Assembly (NCBI GenBank): GCA_040755995.1
Contig: JBFMAF010000028.1
Location: forward strand, 32,001-96,000
Length of the DNA: 64,000 nucleotides
Source: Acidobacteriota bacterium
Lineage (GTDB): Bacteria; Acidobacteriota; CAIWXX01
Reading direction: 5' to 3'
Of the stretch, positions 24,301 through 32,360 are shown one piece after another. Position 1 is the stretch's first letter; every line of letters begins with the position of its first letter. The notes under the pieces were generated by a model, which was not told the DNA's origin, made no database searches, and saw only the letters and a program-made list of their open reading frames with translations. Made by a program: the position numbers and the translations under genes.

Positions 24301-24543
24301 CCCGTCCCGGGCCGGAATCGAGATCGTGAGGCGCTGCACGTCTCTCGTTGCGGCCCAGTTCTCGCCAAGAACGCCGGCGAGCGTACCCGTGATCGCCTTG
24401 GTGCCCGCGCCGAACGGCAGCGGATTCGCCCGGCTGGTCCTGGCCGAGCGCCCCCGCTTGCGAGCCGGTGCCGGTGTATCGACTGGCTGCTCGGCCCAGA
24501 GGAACAACTCGTGCGCAACTTGTGCGGCATGCAATACGATCAT
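21388..24543 (-). CDS. SNF2-family helicase/ATPase (HelZ-like)
   Basis: LRPYQLRG, LADDMGLGKT, DEAQ, TGTPVEN, GGTGLNLT, WWNPAVENQATDRAFRIGQ. Confidence 0.95.
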   Translation of the reverse strand: MIVLHAAQVAHELFLWAEQPVDTPAPARKRGRSARTSRANPLPFGAGTKAITGTLAGVLGENWAATRDVQRLTISIPARDGRPIASTPLVAEPPQEGSEIVMSKWTVEALRLSPTQATQLLGECLDRETLGPGVLIARDLRFWAGALRFASALVARQQFLPGLARLEDGWYARWEPVVGGVDADRLQKLAAVMPHSARALTSDPEVPPASPSAALTAFLTSVVDHIVRSGLPSAALPPLPAPRRRRIFDSTHDQWMHALHEDDGFMLGGHDEIEKLAADIRSWRLPLQMTEAAPVKLCFRLEEPPEPDGRADAEPPGRPKRTARKREDLASWFVRFLLQPAADPSLLVEASDIWKDHTARTVLLPRGDSSPREYLLAALGQAAGICPRIEACLNAAEPSGYPLDTAGASEFLTEKAAALEQSGFVVMAPAWWTGRGTKLRLAARARVAGAPLKSPSGLTLDAVVGFDWEVALGDATLSRAELEALAKLKAPLVRLRGQWVQLSADQIRAAVDLWKNGGGQMRVRDIVRMGLGAAAPVAGVEIQSAVAEGWIGELLAQLDGSAPYSEFGHPEGFEGRLRPYQLRGYSWLAFLRRWGLGACLADDMGLGKTIQVLALIQRDWRENRRAPVLLICPTSVTGNWQKEAERFTPDLPVLVHHGTERMRGAAFRKQAARHALVVSSYPLLHRDFDLFKDVAWGAIVLDEAQNIKNPETKQARCARSLQADCRIALTGTPVENNVGDLWSIMEFLNPGYLGTNSDFKRRFFLPIQVDKDPHAVERLKRLTGPFILRRLKTDKTVIADLPDKLEMKVYCPLTKEQASLYAAVVRDAEQELDGAEGIQRKGLVLATLMKLKQACNHPAQLLGDGSQIPGRSGKLARLTEMLDEMILAGDCALVFTQFAEMGAILQRYLQETFGREILFLHGATPKKQRDAMVARFQGDGEAPPVFLLSLKAGGTGLNLTRASHVFHFDRWWNPAVENQATDRAFRIGQTRNVQVHKFICQGTVEERIDEMIERKSEISARVVGTGEGWLTELSTSELKELFALRDEAVQE

Positions 24544-24657
24544 GTGATCACCTTGCCGTCGCTTCTGCGCGACGGAGCAGACTGCGGAGCTTGTTCTGCG
24601 TGGACTCGGCCGCGCCGCTGCCGGCGCCGTCGACCCATCGCATCAGCCTCGGGTCGT

Positions 24658-27264
24658 TCATGCCGTCTCCGCGAGGCGCGCGATCCACTCCTCGGCTTCC
24701 GCGACTGCGGGCCGGGCCAGGCTTTCGTCGACTTCAACGCCCTGGGTCTCGAGGGTGGTGAGGTCGTGCAACCGCGCGAGCGCTGACGGAGCGGCGTGTG
24801 GGAGCCGGCCGCTCGGGATCAGATCGCGGTATATGCAGGCCACGAGCGCGGCGTGACCCTGTGGCGGAGCTCCCTCGGTTCGGGTGGCGATGGCCGCCGC
24901 CAGGGCCTCGTATGAGGCCCTCACCGCATCGCCCCAGAAGCCCGCATCGAGCACGACTCTGGCGAGGCGTATCCTGTTCTGGGCCCTGGCATGCGCCCTT
25001 GGTTGGGACAGTGGCGCAGGCTGCCGCGCAGGCTCCTGAGTCATCGGCACCACGATCTCGCCCGTGGCCAGGACTGCATGGGACTCCGGCTGCGGACGGG
25101 CCTCGATCTGAGCTTGAGCGGCAGGCTCGACAACAGCCTCGACGGGCTCCTGCAAGCGCGTCTCCTCCTCGGTGCCCACGATCTCTACGTCCTCGCCCGG
25201 CTCGGCTACTTGCTCGAGCACCTCATGAAGCTGCCGCAAGAACACCGAGAAACTGGCGGTTTCCACGCTCTCCACATCGCTCGACTGATCCAGCGCCGCC
25301 GTCCGAATTTCGCGCTTCCGCGACAGAGTCTGTTCGATGCCTCGCTCGATACCGCTCTCCGAGCACAGGTAGGTCGCGAAGACGCCGCGGGTCTGCCCCA
25401 GTCTGTGAGCGCGGGAGGTGCGTTGATCGAGCCGCCCGGGATTCCAGGGGAGATCGAGATGAACAACGTAGTTGGCCACCTGCAGGTTCAGCCCCACCCC
25501 GCCGGCGTCAGTTGAAAGCAGCACTCTGTGCCGATCATCGCGGCGGAAGCGGTCGAGGAGCGCCGGGCGCTTGTCGGTCGGAACTCCTCCGTGAAGCATC
25601 GCGTAGCCGATCGACTGGCCATCGAGCCGGTCAGCGGCCAGATTGAGCATCTGCACCCACTCGGAGAACACGAGCACCTTGCTCTCACCCTGCGAGGCGA
25701 TTTCGGAGATCAGGGCTTCGAACTCGTCGAGTTTTGGAGATGCCTTCGTCCTACTTGCCGGATCGCAGAGCTCCAGCGCGTTGCACGCCTGCCTCGCCTT
25801 GAGCAGCAGCGCCTGAAGCTTCTTCTGCTCGTCGGGACGCAGCGGTCTTCTTTCGGCGATGGCCATCAGGCGCGCCGCATCGGCGCGATAAGCCGATTCC
25901 AGGTCGGCCTGCTCTTTCGTCAACGGCGTGTATCGGGTCTGCTCGGTGAGCGACGGAAGCTGCGAAAGCACCTCCTCCTTGCGGCGCCGGAGCACTACTG
26001 GCTCGACTCGCTTGCGGAGGGACGAGAGGTTCTTGCAACCGATGATCTTGCCCTTGTCATTCTGGTGGTGGAAGTCGAGATTGAATCTCCAGAGTGGCCC
26101 CAAGACCTCGGGATCGATGAGCTGCAGCAACGAATAGAGATCGTCGAGGCGATTCTCGATGGGCGTGCCGGTCAAGACGAAGAGGAACCGTGATGGGATC
26201 GCGCGCAGAGTCTTCGCCGTCTTCGTTCGGAAGTTCTTGGCGCGCTGTGCTTCGTCGAGGATGAGAATATCGGTGTCGAGGTCCTGCAGGCGAGGGAGCT
26301 CTTTCCAGGTCAGCTCGTAGTTGAGCACCTTGTACGGGGCGTCCGACTCGAAGGCGGCTCGCCGGCCATGAAGTCCGCCTCCGACGACGGCTGCCCTGAC
26401 GTTGGCGTAGCGTTCGATCTCCTTGGCCCACTGGTGCTTCAACGATGCCGGCGTCACGACCACGACTCGATTCACTTCGCCGCGTGCTCTGAGGACCTCG
26501 CACGCAGCAATGGCCTGCACGGTCTTTCCGAGCCCCATGTCGTCGGCCAGGAGTGCGCGACCGGACGAGGCGAGGTGTTTCACGCCGTCGTGCTGGTATG
26601 GAAACAGCGGTCGCGCGAGGACGTCGACGCCGATGCGTCCATCGACGAGCGCGCGCAGCAGACCATCGCGGCGCCCGTCGGTCCGCGCCCTGGCCCGGAT
26701 TCGTTCGACGGCGGGCATGACCGCATGGACGACCCGCACCGCGTGTTCGTTCCACGCCTGATCTGGAGAAACCGGCGCTTCCCACTCGACGAACCCGCCG
26801 TCGCCGCCGGTCGTCAGCCCGAGGGCATCGAGCTGCTGGCGTGTCCATCGCCCGGCGGTCCGCAGTCGAATCCTGCCTCGGGCATCTACGGTGAGCGTTG
26901 GAATGAGGGGCGACTGAGGTAGCTGCTGCCAGGCACGGCGTGGACGCGGGATGGAAGTCAAGGCACGAGAGACGGCCTCGAGGTGCTTGCACGTGCCCAG
27001 CTCGTTGCTCAGGAAATCGGGGCAGGAGCATGTGTCATGACTGTGGCTCCCGTCGACGACGTCGACGAGGTAGGCGCCGCCGCTGGCCCCCGCCACCTCA
27101 TAGCACCCATCGATCCGATCGTCTCGCGGCGTCACGATGAAAGGCTCCGAGTAAGCTCGATGCCGCCGCACCTCGCGCTCGTACATCACCACGGCCTCCG
27201 CGCTCTCGAAATCCGAGCACACCGGTGCCGTACGTCTCACCGGAAGCAATCGAATCGACTTCAT
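24658..27264 (-). CDS. SNF2-family ATPase with N-terminal SWIM finger and C-terminal HEPN-like domain
   Basis: CSCPDF....LGTCKH; LADDMGLGKT, DEAQ, TGTPIEN, GGVGLNLQ, WNP..LDQR..RAHRLGQ; C-terminal LAR..LDAGFWGDAVRASYEA...GHAAL...A..AVAEAEEWI. Confidence 0.9.
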   Translation of the reverse strand: MKSIRLLPVRRTAPVCSDFESAEAVVMYEREVRRHRAYSEPFIVTPRDDRIDGCYEVAGASGGAYLVDVVDGSHSHDTCSCPDFLSNELGTCKHLEAVSRALTSIPRPRRAWQQLPQSPLIPTLTVDARGRIRLRTAGRWTRQQLDALGLTTGGDGGFVEWEAPVSPDQAWNEHAVRVVHAVMPAVERIRARARTDGRRDGLLRALVDGRIGVDVLARPLFPYQHDGVKHLASSGRALLADDMGLGKTVQAIAACEVLRARGEVNRVVVVTPASLKHQWAKEIERYANVRAAVVGGGLHGRRAAFESDAPYKVLNYELTWKELPRLQDLDTDILILDEAQRAKNFRTKTAKTLRAIPSRFLFVLTGTPIENRLDDLYSLLQLIDPEVLGPLWRFNLDFHHQNDKGKIIGCKNLSSLRKRVEPVVLRRRKEEVLSQLPSLTEQTRYTPLTKEQADLESAYRADAARLMAIAERRPLRPDEQKKLQALLLKARQACNALELCDPASRTKASPKLDEFEALISEIASQGESKVLVFSEWVQMLNLAADRLDGQSIGYAMLHGGVPTDKRPALLDRFRRDDRHRVLLSTDAGGVGLNLQVANYVVHLDLPWNPGRLDQRTSRAHRLGQTRGVFATYLCSESGIERGIEQTLSRKREIRTAALDQSSDVESVETASFSVFLRQLHEVLEQVAEPGEDVEIVGTEEETRLQEPVEAVVEPAAQAQIEARPQPESHAVLATGEIVVPMTQEPARQPAPLSQPRAHARAQNRIRLARVVLDAGFWGDAVRASYEALAAAIATRTEGAPPQGHAALVACIYRDLIPSGRLPHAAPSALARLHDLTTLETQGVEVDESLARPAVAEAEEWIARLAETA

Positions 27265-27403
27265 CAGACTCCTCCCCTCTGTGGTCCGGAAGCAAGTACG
27301 TTACGCCCGGAGGGGGATGGCGGTCAAGGGCATCTGCCGACTTCGGATTGAACCCGTGGGTTCTTCGAGGCTACCAAGTCGTCGACGTTGTCATGGTGTC
27401 GCG

Positions 27404-27468
27404 AAAGAACACGGCTCACGGGCGGCCTGGCGAAGGCGAGCGGCCGCCGCGGAGCCGCTTGTGGTACG
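27404..27468 (-). mobile_element. Degenerate attC-like hairpin after the aspartic protease gene
   Basis: Minus strand GTACCACAAGCGGCTC..CGGCGGCC...GGCCGCCCG-TGAGCCG-TGTT right after the stop. Confidence 0.4.
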
Positions 27469-27469
27469 T

Positions 27470-27865
<396 letters not shown>

Positions 27866-28037
27866 CTATTCCTTTGCAAGCGTATGACCAATGTTCATGT
27901 GGTTTCCAGACAAACGCGGTTTCTTCCCTTTCCCTCCAGATGATAAGCGGCATAGAACCCCGCGTCAACATGGCTGCAGTCGATTCAATGGGGCCGCGGA
28001 CTGTTCACGACGGTGTACCACGACTTCGCGGCGCCGC

Positions 28038-28299
28038 CTGACCCGCGCCGGGCGCGCTACCGAGAGGAGGGCTTTGGCCTGTAGTCGCGACGGTCGAGGC
28101 ACGAGTATGTATGGCCGAACGCGTCTCGTGCAGAATGGTAGAGATTCTGGCCGTCGAAGAATTCCACGGCTCGCTTGACGGATGCTTCTGCTGGCATTCT
28201 CAGGTCCCGAAATGGATAACCCCGCCCGGGCCTACCGGCGTGTCGAGCGGGGAGCAAGTGTGCACTAGAAACATAAGACCGTGCGTGCTCGCTGTCAAC
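28038..28299 (-). repeat. Unit copy 1: promoter + bulged RNA hairpin + 46-aa mini-NYN ORF
   Basis: TTGACA(28298)-N17-TATGTT; hairpin 28220-28252; ORF 28197-28057 MPAEASVKRAVEFFDGQNLYHSARDAFGHTYSCLDRRDYRPKPSSR; homologous to 28933-29350. Confidence 0.8.
28057..28197 (-). pseudogene. Internally deleted NYN/LabA-domain ORF (46 aa)
   Basis: N-terminal RAVEFFDGQNLYH motif joined directly to C-terminal CLDRRDYR. Confidence 0.7.
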
Positions 28300-28361
28300 T
28301 GCCCAGTGCAGCGGCAGTCAGTCTCTTGACGCTCCGGGTATTCACATGTCATACTCTGGAC

Positions 28362-28598
28362 ATGAAGATTGCGATTTCCGTTCCAGATCCTGTGTTCGAG
28401 GCCGCGGAGCGCATGTCGCGCCGAATGCGCGTGTCGCGAAGCCGTCTGTATGCCAAAGCAGTTGAAGACTACGTGAACAGACACTCGGGCGAGGAGATTA
28501 CCGCGCAACTCGACAGGGTGTATTCGCGGACCTCATCGAAGCTCGATCCTGCCATTGAGAGAGGGACGCTGGAGGTGCTCCGGCGGGAGGGACGGTAG
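28362..28598 (+). CDS. Ribbon-helix-helix antitoxin (MazE/ChpI-like)
   Basis: MKIAISVPD.VFEAAE......VSRS.LY..AV.DY; overlaps the toxin start; promoter TTGACG-N18-CATACT at 28326-28355. Confidence 0.85.
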   Translation: MKIAISVPDPVFEAAERMSRRMRVSRSRLYAKAVEDYVNRHSGEEITAQLDRVYSRTSSKLDPAIERGTLEVLRREGR

Positions 28599-28936
28599 TG
28601 AATCGAGGAGACATCTGGTGGGCGGATTTCGGCATGCCGTTCGGTTCGGAGCCCGGCTACAGGCGCCCCGTCCTTGTGCTCCAAGCGGATCAATTCAATC
28701 GCAGCCGCATCCAGACGGTGATAGTGGTGCCCATGTCGGGCAACACTCGCCTGGCTGAGGCCCCCGGGAACGTGCTCTGCCGGCCTGGAGACACCGGGCT
28801 CGAGAAACTATCCGTCGCGAACGTCTCTCAGCTCGCGGTAATCGACAGGAAGCGCCTGCAGGAGAGAATGGGGACACTTCCGCCGCGGCTGTTGACACAA
28901 GTCGAAGAAGGCGTGCGTCTCGTCCTCGATCTCTGA
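28598..28936 (+). CDS. mazF: MazF/PemK endoribonuclease toxin
   Basis: RGDIWWADF....GSEPGYRRPVLVLQ.D.FN.S.I.TVIVVP, GNV, SVANVSQ. Confidence 0.92.
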   Translation: MNRGDIWWADFGMPFGSEPGYRRPVLVLQADQFNRSRIQTVIVVPMSGNTRLAEAPGNVLCRPGDTGLEKLSVANVSQLAVIDRKRLQERMGTLPPRLLTQVEEGVRLVLDL

Positions 28937-29160
28937 GCCGCGCCGGGCGCGCTACTGTGCGGTGGACTTTGCTTTATAGCCGCGACGGTCGAGGCACGAG
29001 TATGTATGGCCGAACGCCTCTCGTGGCGAACGGCGTAGATTCCGGCCATGCACCACGTCGACAGCCCGCTGGACCGGTGGTGCTGCCGGCATATATGCCC
29101 TCACAGGAAGAAATAACCCCGATCGAGGCCTGACGAAGCAGGCGTGTCAAGCGGGGCGCA
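28933..29160 (-). repeat. Unit copy 2: bulged hairpin + 46-aa mini-NYN ORF (no own promoter)
   Basis: Hairpin CCCCGCTTG-ACAC-GCCTG...CAGGC...CGGGG-TTAT; ORF 29092-28952 MPAAPPVQRAVDVVHGRNLRRSPREAFGHTYSCLDRRGYKAKSTAQ; same length and junction as copy 1. Confidence 0.75.
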
Positions 29161-29350
29161 TAGCATGTGCGAAGCACTCGGGAGCCGAGTGGTACACGTT
29201 CTGCCCGTCGATGAATACCACGACTCGCTTGACGGGTGGTTCTGTTGGCATTCCTGGTCCAGAGATGGATAACCCCGCCCGGGCCTCGCGGCGTGTCGAG
29301 CGGGGAGCAAGTGCAGTCACAACATAAGACCCTGGGGCCTTGCTGTCAAC
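29161..29350 (-). repeat. Unit copy 3: promoter + bulged hairpin + NYN N-terminus only
   Basis: TTGACA-N17-TATGTT; hairpin with GCGA loop; ATG at 29251 MPTEPPVKRVVVFIDGQNVYHSA. Confidence 0.75.
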
Positions 29351-29414
29351 GGTCCATCATCAATCAAGACGTCGTCGAGTAGCTATTGACAATAGATGGG
29401 GTGTGCACCTTAGG

Positions 29415-29508
29415 GGTGCGGCCCGCGGAGGCGCGTGCGTTGAAACCGATCTGAATCGGCACTGCCCCCAGTGCAGGCCGCGCCCCGCGCGGGCGCGTGG
29501 ATGGCATT
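29415..29508 (+). CRISPR. Orphan degenerate type I-C-like mini-array (repeat-30 nt spacer-repeat)
   Basis: 29415-29446 and 29477-29508 match a typical I-C repeat GTCGCGCCCCGCGCGGGCGCGTGGATTGAAAC at 25/32 and 27/32 by hand alignment; no cas genes in the window. Confidence 0.6.
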
Positions 29509-29524
29509 GCGAGTGAGGGCCCGC

Positions 29525-29546
29525 TATAATGCAACCTGGAGGTTGC
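29525..29546 (+). promoter_or_regulatory. -10 box and palindromic operator of the SRPBCC-ArsR operon
   Basis: TATAAT at 29525-29530 followed by GCAACC-TGGA-GGTTGC just before the ATG. Confidence 0.65.
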
Positions 29547-29548
29547 CA

Positions 29549-30037
29549 ATGAACGCGGACCGCATCGAGAAGGAGATTCTGCTGCGCGCGCCCCGAAGTC
29601 GAGTCTGGCGCGCGCTGATCGATTCCACCGAGTTCGGGCGCTGGTTCGGTATGAGACTCGACGCGCCCTTCACACCCGGGGCCCGGTTGCAAGCCAAGAT
29701 CGTACCTACGGAGGTAGACGCCGAGGTCGCGAGGGCGCAGAAGCCGTACGAAGGCACCGCCTTCGAAATTGTCATCGGACAGATCGAGCCGGAACGACTG
29801 TTCTCCTTCCGCTGGCATCCATTCGCCGTTGAACAAGGTGTCGACTATTCCTCGGAGCCGATGACACTGGTCACATTCACGTTGGAAGAAGTCGAGGGAG
29901 GCATCTTGCTGACGGTCATCGAGTCCGGCTTTGACCAGGTCCCTCTCGATCGTCGTGCGAAGGCGTTCAGCGCGAACGAGGAAGGATGGGCCATGGTGGT
30001 GAGACTCATCGAGGGGTATCTTGTCCAGACACCGTAG
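29549..30037 (+). CDS. SRPBCC / AHSA1-like (START fold) protein
   Basis: DRIEKEILLRAPRSRVWRAL, FSFRWHP, TLVTFTL, ESGFD, NEEGW. Confidence 0.9.
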   Translation: MNADRIEKEILLRAPRSRVWRALIDSTEFGRWFGMRLDAPFTPGARLQAKIVPTEVDAEVARAQKPYEGTAFEIVIGQIEPERLFSFRWHPFAVEQGVDYSSEPMTLVTFTLEEVEGGILLTVIESGFDQVPLDRRAKAFSANEEGWAMVVRLIEGYLVQTP

Positions 30038-30368
30038 CTCGCTCACCCTGGCGCGGCCAAAGAGCTCAGCGCGGCTCTTTGCCGCCCTTGGCGATGAGAC
30101 CCGCCTGCGCCTGGTCGGTCGTCTCTGCGATGACGGCCCAATGTCCATCACCGGGCTCGCCGGGGGCTTCAATGTCACCAGACAGGCTATTAGCAAGCAT
30201 CTCCGCCTGATGGAGAGCGTGGGTCTCGTGTGCAGCGCCCGGCTCGGCCGCCAGAGCATCTGGCGCCTGTCTCCGCAGCGGCTCGCAGAAGCGCGACATT
30301 ACCTCCAACTGATTACCAACCAGTGCGACGGCGCCCTCCAGAGGCTGCGGAAATTCGTCGAGGATTGA
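30021..30368 (+). CDS. ArsR/SmtB-family transcriptional regulator
   Basis: LFAALGDETRL.LV..L, VTRQAISKHL..ME.VGLV. Confidence 0.88.
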   Translation: MSRHRSSLTLARPKSSARLFAALGDETRLRLVGRLCDDGPMSITGLAGGFNVTRQAISKHLRLMESVGLVCSARLGRQSIWRLSPQRLAEARHYLQLITNQCDGALQRLRKFVED

Positions 30369-30698
30369 CTGGGCCTTGGGGTCCCCACCGCGCCGCAAGA
30401 GCTGTCGTCGACCGCGGGGATGAGCGCCAGCAGGTGCTCCGGCGACCGGGGCTCCTCCATCCAGCCATGGACGCAAGCCCGCGAGTGAGCGTATTGCCAC
30501 CTGCGATCCTCGGCACAGGCTCGGTCGACATGGAGGCACACCAGTGCTATCCTCAGGACGTGGTCACGCGCCGATTGCCGCAATTCAACAGGCAAGCTCG
30601 TTTCGGGCGAAGTCCCCATGATGAACATCCTGGTGGAGCGCCCAGGGGGATTCGTCTCGGAGCAGAGGCCGAGGGCGTCAGGAAAGGAAGGGACTCAG

Positions 30699-32300
30699 AT
30701 GTCGCGATGCGATAGGTTCGCCGGGACGATAGGGGGTGTAAGCCGGAGCAGGCTGTCGACAGGCGCGGTTCTGGCGATGGTTCTGCTCGTTGTCGCGGGG
30801 CATTACGGACAGCGGGCGTCGGCTTCAGGCGGGTTCGGCGCGGCGTACGATGGCATCACCGGCAAGCAGAAGTACCGATACTCAAGCTGGGGAATCCTCG
30901 TGAAAGACCTGCTCACCGGAGAGGTGCTGTTCTCCCGGGATGCCGCACACCGTTTCGTCCCCGGCTCCACCGTCAAGAGCTTCACCTCGCTCGCGGCAAT
31001 GGACGCGCTGGGAGCGGGCCACCGCTTCGAGACTCCCGTGTACGCCGTTGGGCCCATAGGTCCCGACGGGCGCGTCGAGGGAGATCTGGTCCTCGTCGCA
31101 CAAGGCGACCCGACGCTCGGTGGCCGGACGAAGCCGGACGGCACGATCGACTTCACCAACATGGACCACGGCGACGCCAACTCGCTCGGCGGCTCGGGGC
31201 TCACACCGGAGGACCCGCTCGCCGGCGTCGATGAGCTGGCCCGGCAGGTTGCAGCGTCAGGCGTGCGGTCCGCCCGCGACGTCATCGTGGACGACCGCCT
31301 CTTCGAGGACCCGGACCTGGGCAAGGAATTCCCACTCAGCCCGATACTCATCAACGACAACCTCATCGACCTCGTCGTGAAGGCGACCCAGCCCGGCCAA
31401 CGCGCATCCGTCACCTGGCGGCCGCGGAGCGCCGCGTACCGGGTGATCTCCGAGGTCCGGACAGTCGCGGAAGATGAGACGGACATCGCCGTCAGCTCAC
31501 TGGAGCCCGGCGTGATCGAGATCCGTGGCGCCATCGCCGCCGCCGACCGCAGCACCGTGAGGACCTTCACGGTGAAAGACCCGCCCGCTTTCGCGCGGAC
31601 TTGCTTCGTTGAGGCCCTCGCGCGGCATGGAGTAGCCGTGGATGCGCCGGCGACCGGGCCGAACCCGCGCGAGCGCCTGCCGATCGGCGAGACGTTCTCT
31701 GGAACCTCGCCGGTGGCTCTGTTCACCTCACCCCCGTTCTCGGAGGACGTCAAGCTGACCCTCAAGGTCTCCCAGAACATCCACGCCGACACTTACGTAT
31801 TGCTGACCGCCGCCGCAGCCGGCGAACGGACCTTCTACGAGGGGCTGTCGAAGGAGCGGGAATCTTTCCGCGCCATGGGGATAGACCTCGACGCCCTGTG
31901 TATCGGCGACGGCGCCGGGGGTACCTCAAACGACCGGATCAGCCCGAAGGCGGCGGTCCAACTGCTCACGGCCGCTTCCCGCCGCTCGGACTTCACAGCC
32001 TTCTTCAACGCCCTGCCCATCCTGGGTGTCGACGGAAGCCTGGCGGACTCCGCCACGCCCGGGAGCAAGGCCATTGGCAAGGTTCGCGCGAAGACCGGAA
32101 CGACCGCCGACTACGACCCATTGAATGACCGGGGCCTGCTCCTCGGGAAGGGGCTCGCCGGTTACGTGGACGCCGCGAGCGGGCGGCGCCTGGTCTTCGC
32201 TGTCTACGTCAACAACGCGCCCTACCAGGACATCGACGGGATCATGGACGTGGGCCGTGACCTGGCACGCCTCACGGAAGCCATGCACGCGAACTTCTGA
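30699..32300 (+). CDS. dacB: D-alanyl-D-alanine carboxypeptidase/endopeptidase (PBP4, S13)
   Basis: PGSTVK (SxxK), GDPTLG, VSQN (SxN), LPILGVDGSL, AKTGT. Confidence 0.9.
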   Translation: MSRCDRFAGTIGGVSRSRLSTGAVLAMVLLVVAGHYGQRASASGGFGAAYDGITGKQKYRYSSWGILVKDLLTGEVLFSRDAAHRFVPGSTVKSFTSLAAMDALGAGHRFETPVYAVGPIGPDGRVEGDLVLVAQGDPTLGGRTKPDGTIDFTNMDHGDANSLGGSGLTPEDPLAGVDELARQVAASGVRSARDVIVDDRLFEDPDLGKEFPLSPILINDNLIDLVVKATQPGQRASVTWRPRSAAYRVISEVRTVAEDETDIAVSSLEPGVIEIRGAIAAADRSTVRTFTVKDPPAFARTCFVEALARHGVAVDAPATGPNPRERLPIGETFSGTSPVALFTSPPFSEDVKLTLKVSQNIHADTYVLLTAAAAGERTFYEGLSKERESFRAMGIDLDALCIGDGAGGTSNDRISPKAAVQLLTAASRRSDFTAFFNALPILGVDGSLADSATPGSKAIGKVRAKTGTTADYDPLNDRGLLLGKGLAGYVDAASGRRLVFAVYVNNAPYQDIDGIMDVGRDLARLTEAMHANF

Positions 32301-32360
32301 CCGCCGGGCCTTGCAGGATGCCGAGTCGGGCTGCACGTTACCGCCCAGAGGGGGAGCAAA

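Noticed and set aside
30369..30698. Possible gene remnant between arsR and dacB
   Set aside because: No recognisable motif in any frame.
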